From Alphaproteobacteria bacterium (GTDB lineage: Bacteria > Pseudomonadota > Alphaproteobacteria > GCA-2731375): a stretch of DNA of 64,000 nucleotides. Below, piece by piece: positions 8,055 through 16,196 of this stretch (its first letter is position 1; every line of letters starts with the position of its first letter). The translations under genes and the position numbers were made by a program. The stretch lies in contig CBDDDJ010000005.1 of the NCBI GenBank assembly GCA_965226475.1, positions 1,040,406 to 1,104,405 on the forward strand, in the 5' to 3' direction. The notes beneath the pieces were generated by a model, which worked only from the letters and a program-made list of their open reading frames with translations, ran no database searches and was not told the DNA's origin.

Positions 8055-9104
8055 TTGATGGGAATTTTTCTTGTTTGGTTTTTGACCGGATGCGCCACCC
8101 CCACTTATGAAGCGCCGACTAATATCCCTGTGAGATACCCGGTCGCCGACAAGATACCTCTATCGGTGGAACTTCGTTTAACCGACGAACTACGCGCTGC
8201 CCAGACGCAAAGTAAATTAAGACCGTACACGATGCTGCTTGGTGTCGTGTTATCTGATCATGCGGAAGCCATGTCGCGGCAACTCTTTTCCGAGGTGACT
8301 GTTGCGAAAGAAAATGTATCTGCTTCCGCGCCAGTTGACGTCGATGCAACGCTTTTGCCCAAACCGGTAGCGATCGAACGAACGATTGGCTTCAGCACGT
8401 TCGGGGAGAGTATTCTTGCCGTCGTACTCGAATGGACTCTGACGGATTCGAACGGCCAGCTGGTTTGGGTAGACACTATCAAAGGTCAAGGCGTAAATAT
8501 TCCTGAATTTTTTCCAGTCAGATCCAACATGTCTGACCAAATCGTAGCCATGGTCAAGGATTTGTTCAAAAAATCATATGTGGCGATCTCCAACTCTCCA
8601 GAAATAAGGGCTTTGGCAGGGTTCGAATTAGCTCAGGCCGTCGCCAGAAGTTCAAACCAGGGAAGTAAGTCCACAAGCGATGCGGAGCGCGCGGCAGCGG
8701 CGGCCAGGCAGGCAGCGCTGAAGGCGCCGAAGCAACCGGATCCGGCCAAGGGTTTGGACGGACGTTGGCGTCTCTTCATCGATGCGAACAGTGACGGCGC
8801 CGGCCATCTCGGCCGGATCGAACGGATAATTTCGATCGTCGACGGCACCCCTTCGGCAAGCACCATCAGCTCGGGTAGCTTTACCGCCTGGCTCGAGATT
8901 ACGGCTGCCGGCGAGATCATGCGGGGCAGCCTCGGCATTGAGCCGGACGCAAATTGGCATGCCATCAACCTCGATCTAAACGACAGGATCGAGGGGGACC
9001 GGTTCGAGAAGACCTTTAACGTCATGGCCGTCCATCAGACCTCCACCTATGCCGGCAACGAGTACGACGTCGATATTCTTTTTCGCCTTGAACGAATAGA
9101 CTGA
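8055..9104 (+). CDS. Lipoprotein of unknown function (low-G+C cassette gene 2); canonical signal-peptide start appears 1 nt out of frame
   Basis: This is a 349-aa ORF with the lipobox FLTGC. In-frame codons upstream of 8055 read KKFRNQSCVTL. Together with an ATG at 8021 these would give the textbook lipoprotein signal MKKFRNQSCVTLMGIFLVWFLTGC, but the A3 run at 8024-8026 puts that ATG in another frame. Confidence 0.6.
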   Translation: MMGIFLVWFLTGCATPTYEAPTNIPVRYPVADKIPLSVELRLTDELRAAQTQSKLRPYTMLLGVVLSDHAEAMSRQLFSEVTVAKENVSASAPVDVDATLLPKPVAIERTIGFSTFGESILAVVLEWTLTDSNGQLVWVDTIKGQGVNIPEFFPVRSNMSDQIVAMVKDLFKKSYVAISNSPEIRALAGFELAQAVARSSNQGSKSTSDAERAAAAARQAALKAPKQPDPAKGLDGRWRLFIDANSDGAGHLGRIERIISIVDGTPSASTISSGSFTAWLEITAAGEIMRGSLGIEPDANWHAINLDLNDRIEGDRFEKTFNVMAVHQTSTYAGNEYDVDILFRLERID

Positions 9105-9107
9105 CAA

Positions 9108-9834
9108 CGCCGCCTGCGAGGTCATCCACGCCTGCCTGCCGGGCCCGCCGGAGATGGAGGCGGTGGTGCTGGGCGACGCGGGCCTGTTGGAAAGCGCGCG
9201 GGCCGGCGGGCTGCTGATCGACCACACCTCCAACGCCCCCGCGCTCGCCCGCCGGGCGCAGGCGGCGCTGGCCGAAAAGGGCATCGCCATGGTCGACGCC
9301 CCAGTCAGCGGCGGGGTCGAGGGCGCCCGCGTCCGCGACCTGCTGGTGATGTTCGGCGGCGAGGCGGCGGCGATCGCCCGGGCGCAGCCCTACCTGGAGA
9401 CGATCGCCGAGCGGATCATCGAGACCGGTGCCGTGGGAAGCGGCTGCGTTTGCAAGATCCTGCACAACGCCGCCGCCTTCAGCCTCGATCGCATCTTGGC
9501 CGAATGCTGGACCACCGGCGTCAAGTCCGGCGTCGGCGCCGACGTCCTGGTCGACGTCTTCACCCAAGGCGCGCTCGGCCGCATGAGCAACCTCAAGGTC
9601 CGCCTGCGCGAGACCTGGCTGCAAGGGGAGTTTGAGGCCCGCTTCGCCCTCGCGCTCGGCGCCAAGGACCTGGGCCTCGCCAGCGCGCTCGCCGCCGAGG
9701 TCGGCGTGCCGATGGAGATGGTGGCGCTTTGTGAGGCCGATCTGCAAGAAGCCATGGCGCGCGGCTGGGGCGGCGAGGACACCTCGAAGGTGCTCTTGCC
9801 GCAGGAGGAGCGCGCCGGCGTCGAAGTGCGGCTG
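9108..9834. repeat. 727-bp direct repeat, copy 2
   Basis: See 6193-6919. This copy starts 3 nt after the stop codon of cassette gene 2. Confidence 0.95.
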
Positions 9835-9855
9835 AAGGGCGCGGAACCCAGCTAG
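9108..9855 (+). pseudogene. 5'-truncated duplicate of the 3-hydroxyisobutyrate-dehydrogenase-family gene (lacks about the first 54 codons and a promoter)
   Basis: The 233-aa track ORF 9154-9855 matches residues 70-296 of the 6032-6940 product with 6 amino-acid changes. It has a different tail (KGAEPS* instead of PKEEAG*). Confidence 0.85.
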
Positions 9856-9915
9856 AGTTTTTGGGATTGGCCGGGCCACCCGCTCCCCCGGCGTTCCGCT
9901 TGAACGAAAACTAAA

Positions 9916-10879
9916 GGCTTAATTTGTGAAACGTATGCATTTGTGATAGAATGCTCGGAATGTCAGGAGGTTGGGTCATGGACGGCAAGGGTTTCCGGGT
10001 GTGGCTTTCGGCGGCGCGCGGGCTGACGCGCGTGCAGCGGCACGAGGCGCTCGCGGTGCTGTCGGGCCGGAGCGAAGGCGAGGCATCGAAGGCCGCGATC
10101 GAGCTTGGTGTGGACGAGGCCCGGCGCTGTCCGCACTGCGCGAGCGAAGGGGCGGTTTCGCGCGGTATGGCGCGGGGTCTGCGGCGCTACCAGTGCAAGG
10201 GCTGCGGCAGGACCTTCAACGCGCTGACCGGTACGCCGCTGTCGGGCCTGCACCACAAGGAACGCTGGCTGTCGTTCGGGGCGTCGCTGGCGGAGGGGGA
10301 GACGGTGAAGGCCTCGGCGGCGCGCTGCGACGTGGCGGTGAGCACGGCGTTCCGCTGGCGTCACCGGTTTCTGGCGGCGGCGCGGAGCGATTCGGAGGTG
10401 CTCAAGGGGATCGTGGAAGCGGACGAGACCTACGTCCTGGAGAGCCGGAAGGGCGCGCGCGGGCTGGGACGCAAGGCACGGCGGCGGACCGGAGCGGGAC
10501 GACGGTGAGCGCGGTGCTGCCCAGGGTCGACGCGGCGGCGCTCACGGCTGCTCTCGACCCGGTGGTCGCGAAGGACGCCCTGCTGGTCTCGGACGGTGGC
10601 GCGAGCTATCCACCTTGCGCCGCCGCGCTCGGGGTGAGCCACGAAGCACTCAACCGCTCGATGGGGGAACGGGTTCGGGGCGATCTGCATGTGCAGACGG
10701 TGAACAGCCGCCACAGCCGGTTGAAGGACTTCCTGCGTCCCCGCCGCGGCATCGCCACCCGCTATCTGGACAACTACCTGAGCTGGTTCCACCTCGTCGG
10801 CCTCGCCCCCGGCGCCAATGACCGAGCCTGCCTCGCCGCCGCCGTAACAAGGTGACGCATACAATTCACGAATTGAGCC
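9916..10879 (+). mobile_element. IS1595-family element, copy 1 (decayed, 964 bp)
   Basis: It is homologous to the intact copy at 24473-25497. The terminal repeats are GGCTTAATTTGTGAAACGTATGC / GGCTCAATTCGTGAATTGTATGC. A perfect 8-bp target duplication AAACTAAA flanks it (9908-9915 and 10880-10887). Confidence 0.85.
9951..10855 (+). pseudogene. IS1595-family transposase gene inactivated by a 61-bp internal deletion
   Basis: The two track ORFs (9951-10508 and 9971-10855) together reproduce the 321-aa protein of copy 2. The missing part is ...GGKAKKRGLSREQVPVLMA..., and the frames switch at about 10488. Confidence 0.85.
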
Positions 10880-10891
10880 AAACTAAATGCG

Positions 10892-11380
10892 CTAATCGGC
10901 GACCGGCATCCGCTGGCGGACGGCGGCGCGCATGGCGGCGACCGCGGCCAGCAGCTCGTCCAGCTCGCGCATCAGCACCGGCGCTTCCACGGCATCTATG
11001 TCGCCGTCGTCGGCCAGGAACTCGCCCGCCCGGTTGAAGACGTCGCCCGCCTCCTTGCCGATGTTGGTCAGGTGCGCGATCCACTCGGTCTCGGCGTCGC
11101 CATCGGGCAATTGCAGCAGCAGACAGTCGTGCGCGGCGGCCAGATGGCCGGTCACCGGCATTTCCGCCGCCGCCCCCTCCAGCGCCTCGACCACGTCCAC
11201 CGGCATGTGGCGGTCGGGATGGCCCGGGTTGCCGTATTCCGAGAGCGTCGATTTCGAGACCCGGCAGCGCTCCGCCGCCCGCGCCTCGCCCCCCGAGGCA
11301 TGCAGCAGCGCGCGCACCGCGCTCTTCACGTCGCCATAGCTTTCGGGATGGAAGGAATGAATTCGGCTCTTGGCTCTCAT
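10892..11380 (-). CDS. Possible phage CII (CP76/186-CII-like) transcriptional regulator
   Basis: This is a 162-aa ORF. The pattern AERCRVSKSTLSEYGNPGHPDRHMPVDVVEALE...VTGHLAAAHDCLLL parallels phage 186 CII (AERAGMNVQTLRNKLNPEQPHQFTPPEL...VDGFLAQIHCL). The match is from memory and was not computed. Confidence 0.45.
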   Translation of the reverse strand: MRAKSRIHSFHPESYGDVKSAVRALLHASGGEARAAERCRVSKSTLSEYGNPGHPDRHMPVDVVEALEGAAAEMPVTGHLAAAHDCLLLQLPDGDAETEWIAHLTNIGKEAGDVFNRAGEFLADDGDIDAVEAPVLMRELDELLAAVAAMRAAVRQRMPVAD

Positions 11381-11908
11381 CGCTCAGGCCCCGCTTGCTC
11401 GATGCGTGGCAACGAGCGTGCGGCAATTGCCCGAGCCTCGCAAGCCTCGACGTCTCGCCGCGACGTCTCGGAGGCCGGACATCTTTCGGGGAGCCGTCGC
11501 GAAGCCGCTTGAACCGCCCGGCGCGGCGTCCAAGATTTCGCCGGGAAACGCCGCCATTGGCCGGCCATGGGCGAAGCCGCCATCACGGCGGTGAAGGGTT
11601 TGCACTCCGGGCCAAGGGGATAACCGTGGCGGAGAGCACGAACGTGTCGGAGTGCCCCGTACCACCACACGCCCGCTCGGCGTGGCGCAGTCGGGCGAAC
11701 CCGCGCGGCGGCGAGTGGCGCCATGTCGGCCATCCGGGGCACGGACCCCGCCGGCCGAAGCCGCCGGTCACGCTCGGGTGTAGCCAAGCGCCGACATTCG
11801 GCCCTGCCACCATGCTCCGCCTCGCCCTCGCGATCATGCTCGGCCCCGGCGGCCGGGGAGGCTCGTCACCCGGACTTTCCTGGACAATGCCCAAAGATTT
11901 TCAGCCTC

Positions 11909-12742
11909 TCACTCCTCCGGCTGGTCCATGAAGGCGTTCAGCTCGTCGAAGCCGGGGGTGCCCTCGAGCCAGGAGAAGCTGCCGCCCTCGGCCATCTCGC
12001 GGCTCGCGCGGAGCGCCAGGCCGAGCGTGGCGCGGGCGAGGCCGGAGCCGATACTGATCCGCTTCGCGCCGGCCGCCGCCAGCTCGGTGACGGAGTGGTG
12101 GCGCAAGGGACCGGCGAGGATCACGTTCACCGGCTTGGCGACGGACGCGCAGACCCGCTCCACCGCCTCCAGGCTCGGCAACCCCGGCGCATAAAGCACG
12201 TCGGCGCCCGCCGCCTCGTAGGCTTGCAGGCGGCGGATGGTGTCGTCCAGATCCGGCCGGCCGTGGAGAAAGTTCTCGGCGCGGGCCGTCAGCACGAAGT
12301 CGCCGGGTGCCTTCGCCAGCGTTTCCGCCGCCGCCGCGACGCGGGCGACGGCGATGTTGAAGCCGTAGATCGGCTCGCTCGGGTCCGGGGTCGCGTCCTC
12401 GACGCTGGCGCCTGCAAGGCCGATGTCCTGGGCCATCAGCATGGTTTCCGCCACGCCCTCGGGATCGTCGGCGAAGGCGTTCTCCAGGTCGGCCGAGACG
12501 GGAAGCGTGCTCGCCTCGATAATCTGCGCGGCGTTGGCCAACGCCTCCGCCCGGCTGACCATCGCCCGGCCGTCGACCCGGCCGAGGCCGTAGGCGATCC
12601 CGGCGCTGGTGGTGGCCAGCGCCTGGAAGCCGCAACCCTCCATGATCTTGGCGCTGCCCGCGTCCCAGGGATTGGGGATGACGAAGGCGCCCTCCGCCTC
12701 GTGCAGCGCGCGGAACCGCGCGACCTTCTCCGCCTGGCTCAT
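11909..12742 (-). CDS. Isocitrate lyase / PEP mutase family protein (2-methylisocitrate-lyase-like)
   Basis: This is a 277-aa ORF. Supporting segments are FRALHEAEGAFVIPNPWDAGSAKI, PVSADLENAF and VLTARAENFL. Confidence 0.9.
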   Translation of the reverse strand: MSQAEKVARFRALHEAEGAFVIPNPWDAGSAKIMEGCGFQALATTSAGIAYGLGRVDGRAMVSRAEALANAAQIIEASTLPVSADLENAFADDPEGVAETMLMAQDIGLAGASVEDATPDPSEPIYGFNIAVARVAAAAETLAKAPGDFVLTARAENFLHGRPDLDDTIRRLQAYEAAGADVLYAPGLPSLEAVERVCASVAKPVNVILAGPLRHHSVTELAAAGAKRISIGSGLARATLGLALRASREMAEGGSFSWLEGTPGFDELNAFMDQPEE

Positions 12743-12911
12743 GGCATGCTCTCCCGTTGCGACAGGGCTTCACTATAGACCCTCGTTCCCGCCCGGGCCG
12801 GCAATCGATTATGATCCCGATGCCCGCACCCTTTTCGCCCTTGAAATAGGGGCTGGACGGGGGAGTTGGCGTGACCACATGATCGGACGGGGCCGCGGAA
12901 GGGAGACGAAG

Positions 12912-13565
12912 ATGACGATCCACCACTACCCCACGCGACGCGCCGTTATCGGCGGCGCCTCGGCACTCGCGCTTTCCGCGGGCGCCAGCATCGCCAAGGG
13001 GCCCCTGACGGCCACGCCGCCGCAGGGTGCCGGCCCCTTCGTGCCGGTCGACTGGTCCGGCGACGTCGACTGGGACCTGGTCGCCGTCCAGGGCCAACCG
13101 CGCGAGGCCTACGGCCAGGTTTGCCATGTCCTGGGCCGCGTGCTGGACCCCGAGGGCCGGCCGGTCCGGGGCGCCACCCTGCACATCTGGCAGGCCGACG
13201 CGCTCGGCCGCTACCATCATCCGGGCGAGCGGCGCGGCGAACCCGACCCCTATTTTCGCGGCCTCGGCCGAACGGTCGCCGACGCGGATGGCCGCTATCG
13301 CTTTCGCACCGTGACGCCGGTGCCCTACCAGGGCCGGGCGCCGCACATCCATTTCCAGGTCGCCGGGGCGAAGGTGCGACCGCTGACGACGCAGATGTAT
13401 CTCGCGGGCAATCCCCGCAACCTGGGCGACGGCCTCTTCATGTCGGTCGAGGCCGACCGTCGCGGCCTGTTGGAGGCCCGGGTCGCCCCGGCGGACGATA
13501 TCGAGGCGGATGCCGTCAGCGCGCGCTTCGATCTGGTGCTGGCGGCACCCGGCCGCGGCCTTTGA
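12912..13565 (+). CDS. Intradiol ring-cleavage dioxygenase-like protein with a Tat-type signal
   Basis: The start is placed at ATG 12912 after gggaga. The signal reads MTIHHYPTRRAVIGGASALALSAGASIA. The core segments are IWQADALGRYHH, YFRG and GRAPHIHFQV. Confidence 0.8.
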   Translation: MTIHHYPTRRAVIGGASALALSAGASIAKGPLTATPPQGAGPFVPVDWSGDVDWDLVAVQGQPREAYGQVCHVLGRVLDPEGRPVRGATLHIWQADALGRYHHPGERRGEPDPYFRGLGRTVADADGRYRFRTVTPVPYQGRAPHIHFQVAGAKVRPLTTQMYLAGNPRNLGDGLFMSVEADRRGLLEARVAPADDIEADAVSARFDLVLAAPGRGL

Positions 13566-13584
13566 ACCCGGAAGGAAGAGACGC

Positions 13585-14529
13585 ATGGCAGCCGAACACG
13601 ATATCCAGGCGACACCCGAGAACGTCCATTGGGGCATCTTCGATGCCGCCCTGCCGCCGATCCTGGAGATCGAATCGGGCGACAGGGTGACCCTCCACAC
13701 CATCTCCGGCGCGCCGGAGGTGACGCCGGACGAGGGCTTCCAGGTGCCGCCCGAACAGCGCCAGCTGCACGCCGAGCGCGCGCCGGCGATGCCGGGCCAT
13801 ATCTTGACGGGGCCCGTCTCGATCCGGGGCGCCGAACCTGGCGAAATGTTGGAGGTGCGAATCCTGGATGTGCGGCTCCGCACCGATTGGGGCTGGAATG
13901 TGGTCCGGCCGCTCTCGGGCGCCTTGCCGGACGAGTTTCCCGAGGAACGCCTGCTGCACATCCCGCTCGACGCCGAGGCGAACGTCGGCAAGCTGCCATG
14001 GGGCGTCGACCTGCCGCTCCGCCCCTTCTTCGGCGTGATGGGCGTGGCGCCGCCGGCCGCCTGGGGCCGCGTCACCTCGATCATCCCGCGCCGCCACGGC
14101 GGCAACATGGACAACAAGGAACTGATCCCCGGGACAACGCTCTATCTGCCGGTGCACGTCCCGGGCGCCCTTTTTTCCGCCGGTGACGGCCACGCGGTGC
14201 AGGGCGACGGCGAGGTCTGCGTCAGCGCGATCGAAACCGCGCTCACCGGCACCTTCGAATTGATCCGCCGCCCGGATCTTTCCTATCCCCTGCCCCGGGC
14301 CGAGACGCCGACCCACTACATCACCATGGACTTCCACGAAGATCTCGATACCGCCGCCCGCCAAGCGCTTCGCGACATGATCCAGCTGATCCAGGAGCGC
14401 GCGAACCTGAGCCGCGAGGACGCCTATACCCTTTGCAGCCTCGCCGCCGACCTTCGCATCACGCAGATGGTCAACGTCAACAAGGGTGTCCACGTGATGC
14501 TGGCGAAAGCGGCCCTGCACGGCGCCTGA
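13585..14529 (+). CDS. Acetamidase/formamidase family protein
   Basis: The start is placed at ATG 13585 after ggaaggaag. Supporting segments are HWGIFDAALPPILEIESGDRVTLHT, GPVSIRGAEPGEMLEV and GGNMDNKEL. Confidence 0.85.
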   Translation: MAAEHDIQATPENVHWGIFDAALPPILEIESGDRVTLHTISGAPEVTPDEGFQVPPEQRQLHAERAPAMPGHILTGPVSIRGAEPGEMLEVRILDVRLRTDWGWNVVRPLSGALPDEFPEERLLHIPLDAEANVGKLPWGVDLPLRPFFGVMGVAPPAAWGRVTSIIPRRHGGNMDNKELIPGTTLYLPVHVPGALFSAGDGHAVQGDGEVCVSAIETALTGTFELIRRPDLSYPLPRAETPTHYITMDFHEDLDTAARQALRDMIQLIQERANLSREDAYTLCSLAADLRITQMVNVNKGVHVMLAKAALHGA

Positions 14530-14563
14530 CGGCGGCCGGAGTCGCCAATTATCTCGCTCGGCG

Positions 14564-15199
14564 TTACTCCGCCGCCCGGGCGCGGCCCAGGACCGCCTCG
14601 GCATCGGGGGTCAGGTGGCCGCGGCCTTCCGCGAGGAGGGCCTCGCGCATCGGATGGCCGTTGCCGGCATGCGCCAGCATCTCGGAGGGGGGCGTTTTCG
14701 ACGTCGGCTCCGGCCAGTGGCCGGGCCGCGGCTCGGCGCCTTCCGCGACGATGGCCATGGGATCGGTTTCGGCCATGGCGGGAGGCCGGACAACGTCGAC
14801 CAGGGTCCAGCTCGCCTCCAGGGGGATGTTGTTGGGATCGAAGAAATAGATCGACCAGATGGTACCGTGATCGACCGCGCCCGAGACCTCGAAGCCAGCC
14901 GCCTCCAGCCGATCCTTCAGCGCGAAGAGGTCCTCGCGGCTCTCCACCTGGAAGGAGAGATGGTCGAAACCGAGCGGCAGGCCGGTCTTCGCGCCATGAT
15001 GCTTGAGCCGCATGGGGCTGGCGCCGTCGTATTCGAAGAAGGCGATCTGGGTATTGCCCGCGCGGAAGAAATAGTGCCGGTAGCCGTCGTGGCCGACGCC
15101 CGCCTCCAAGGTCATGCCCAGAAGATCGCGGTAATAGCGGATGGTCTTCTCCATGTCGTCGGTGATGAAGGCCAGGTGGTTGATGCCGGTGATGATCAT
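14564..15199 (-). CDS. VOC family protein (glyoxalase / extradiol dioxygenase fold)
   Basis: This is a 211-aa ORF. Supporting segments are INHLAFITDDMEKTIRYYRDLLGM and FDHLSFQVESREDL. Confidence 0.85.
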   Translation of the reverse strand: MIITGINHLAFITDDMEKTIRYYRDLLGMTLEAGVGHDGYRHYFFRAGNTQIAFFEYDGASPMRLKHHGAKTGLPLGFDHLSFQVESREDLFALKDRLEAAGFEVSGAVDHGTIWSIYFFDPNNIPLEASWTLVDVVRPPAMAETDPMAIVAEGAEPRPGHWPEPTSKTPPSEMLAHAGNGHPMREALLAEGRGHLTPDAEAVLGRARAAE

Positions 15200-15220
15200 C
15201 TGGGTTCGTCCTCGGGCTGA

Positions 15221-16189
15221 GTGTCCGTCCGGGGACTTTATGAGTCGGATGAATCGGTTATCCGGCGCCCCCTCTTGAAGAGCTGAATCAGCTGTGATTC
15301 TCTGGGGTGGTGAATTTACTCTTGAGGTGCCCCATGTGGACTGCCGACAACCGCCCGCGCTACAACCGCGACAAACTGCGTTATCCGAGCGACCTGACCG
15401 ATGCGGAATGGGCGCATATCGAGCCGCTGATCCCGCCGGGCAAGCCCGGCGGCGGCAAACGGCGCGTCGCTATCCGCGAGGTGATCAACGGCGTGATGTA
15501 CATTCTGAGCACCGGCTGCCAGTGGCGCGCGCTGCCCAAGGATTTGCCGCCCAGAAGCACCGTGCATGATTACCTCGGCCTGTGGAACTGGGACGGCACG
15601 CTGGATCGCATCCATCATGCGCTCTACCTCAAGTGCCGCGAGAAAGCCGCGCGCGAAGCCAGCCCCACGGCCTGCATCATCGACACTCAGAGTGTGAAAA
15701 GCGCTGAAAAAGGGGGGCTCGCATCGACAGCCACGGCTTCGATGCCGGCAAGCTGATCAAGGGCAAGAAGCGGCATGTTCTGGTCGATACGCAAGGCTTG
15801 CTGCTGCACGGCATCGTCACCGCCGCCAACGTTCAGGATCGCGACGGCGGTCTCGCGCTGCTGGCGACCTTGTTCGGTCTGTTTCCCTTTCTCGGGAAAT
15901 TGTTCGCCGACAGCGCCTATCAGGGGCCGGTCTTTCACCGCGCCCTGGCCGGCATCCTGCCCGATCTCGAGACCGAGATCGTCAAGCGATCCGATCGGGT
16001 GAAGGGCTTCGTCGTCCAGCCCAGGCGTTGGGTGGTCGAACGCACCATCGCCTGGCTCAACCGCTGCCGCCGACTGGCCAAGGACTGGGAGAACCTCAAC
16101 CGCAACGCGCTCGCCTTCATCAAGCTCGCGTCCATTCGACTCATGCTCCGAAAACTCTGTAATCCTACATAAAGTCTCCGGACGGACTC
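15221..16189 (+). mobile_element. IS5-family element (IS427/IS1031-like subgroup), 969 bp
   Basis: The inverted repeats are GTGTCCGTCCGGGGACTTTATG / GAGTCCGTCCGGAGACTTTATG. It is flanked by a 3-bp duplication TGA (15218-15220 and 16190-16192). Confidence 0.85.
15334..16172 (+). CDS. IS5-family transposase encoded in two frames (-1 shift at an A5G6 run, 15707-15717)
   Basis: Frame 1 reads MWTADNRPRYNRDKLRYPSDLTDAEW...SVKSAEKGG. Frame 0 continues ARIDSHGFDAGKLIKGKKRHVLVDTQGLLLHGIV...DSAYQG...RWVVERTIAWLNRCRRLAKDWE. It is colinear with the single-ORF relative at 33033-33854. Confidence 0.8.
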
Positions 16190-16196
16190 TGAAGGA

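Noticed and set aside
11869-11880. A 12-mer, GGAAAGTCCGGG, on the minus strand. It is identical to the most conserved block of bacterial RNase P RNA.
   Set aside because: The flanking sequence reads GTGACGAGCCTCCCC... instead of the expected CUCC(A/G)YAGGGCA. I found none of the other universally conserved RNase P blocks within the surrounding 500 nt on either strand. I treat it as a chance match, which a covariance-model scan would settle.
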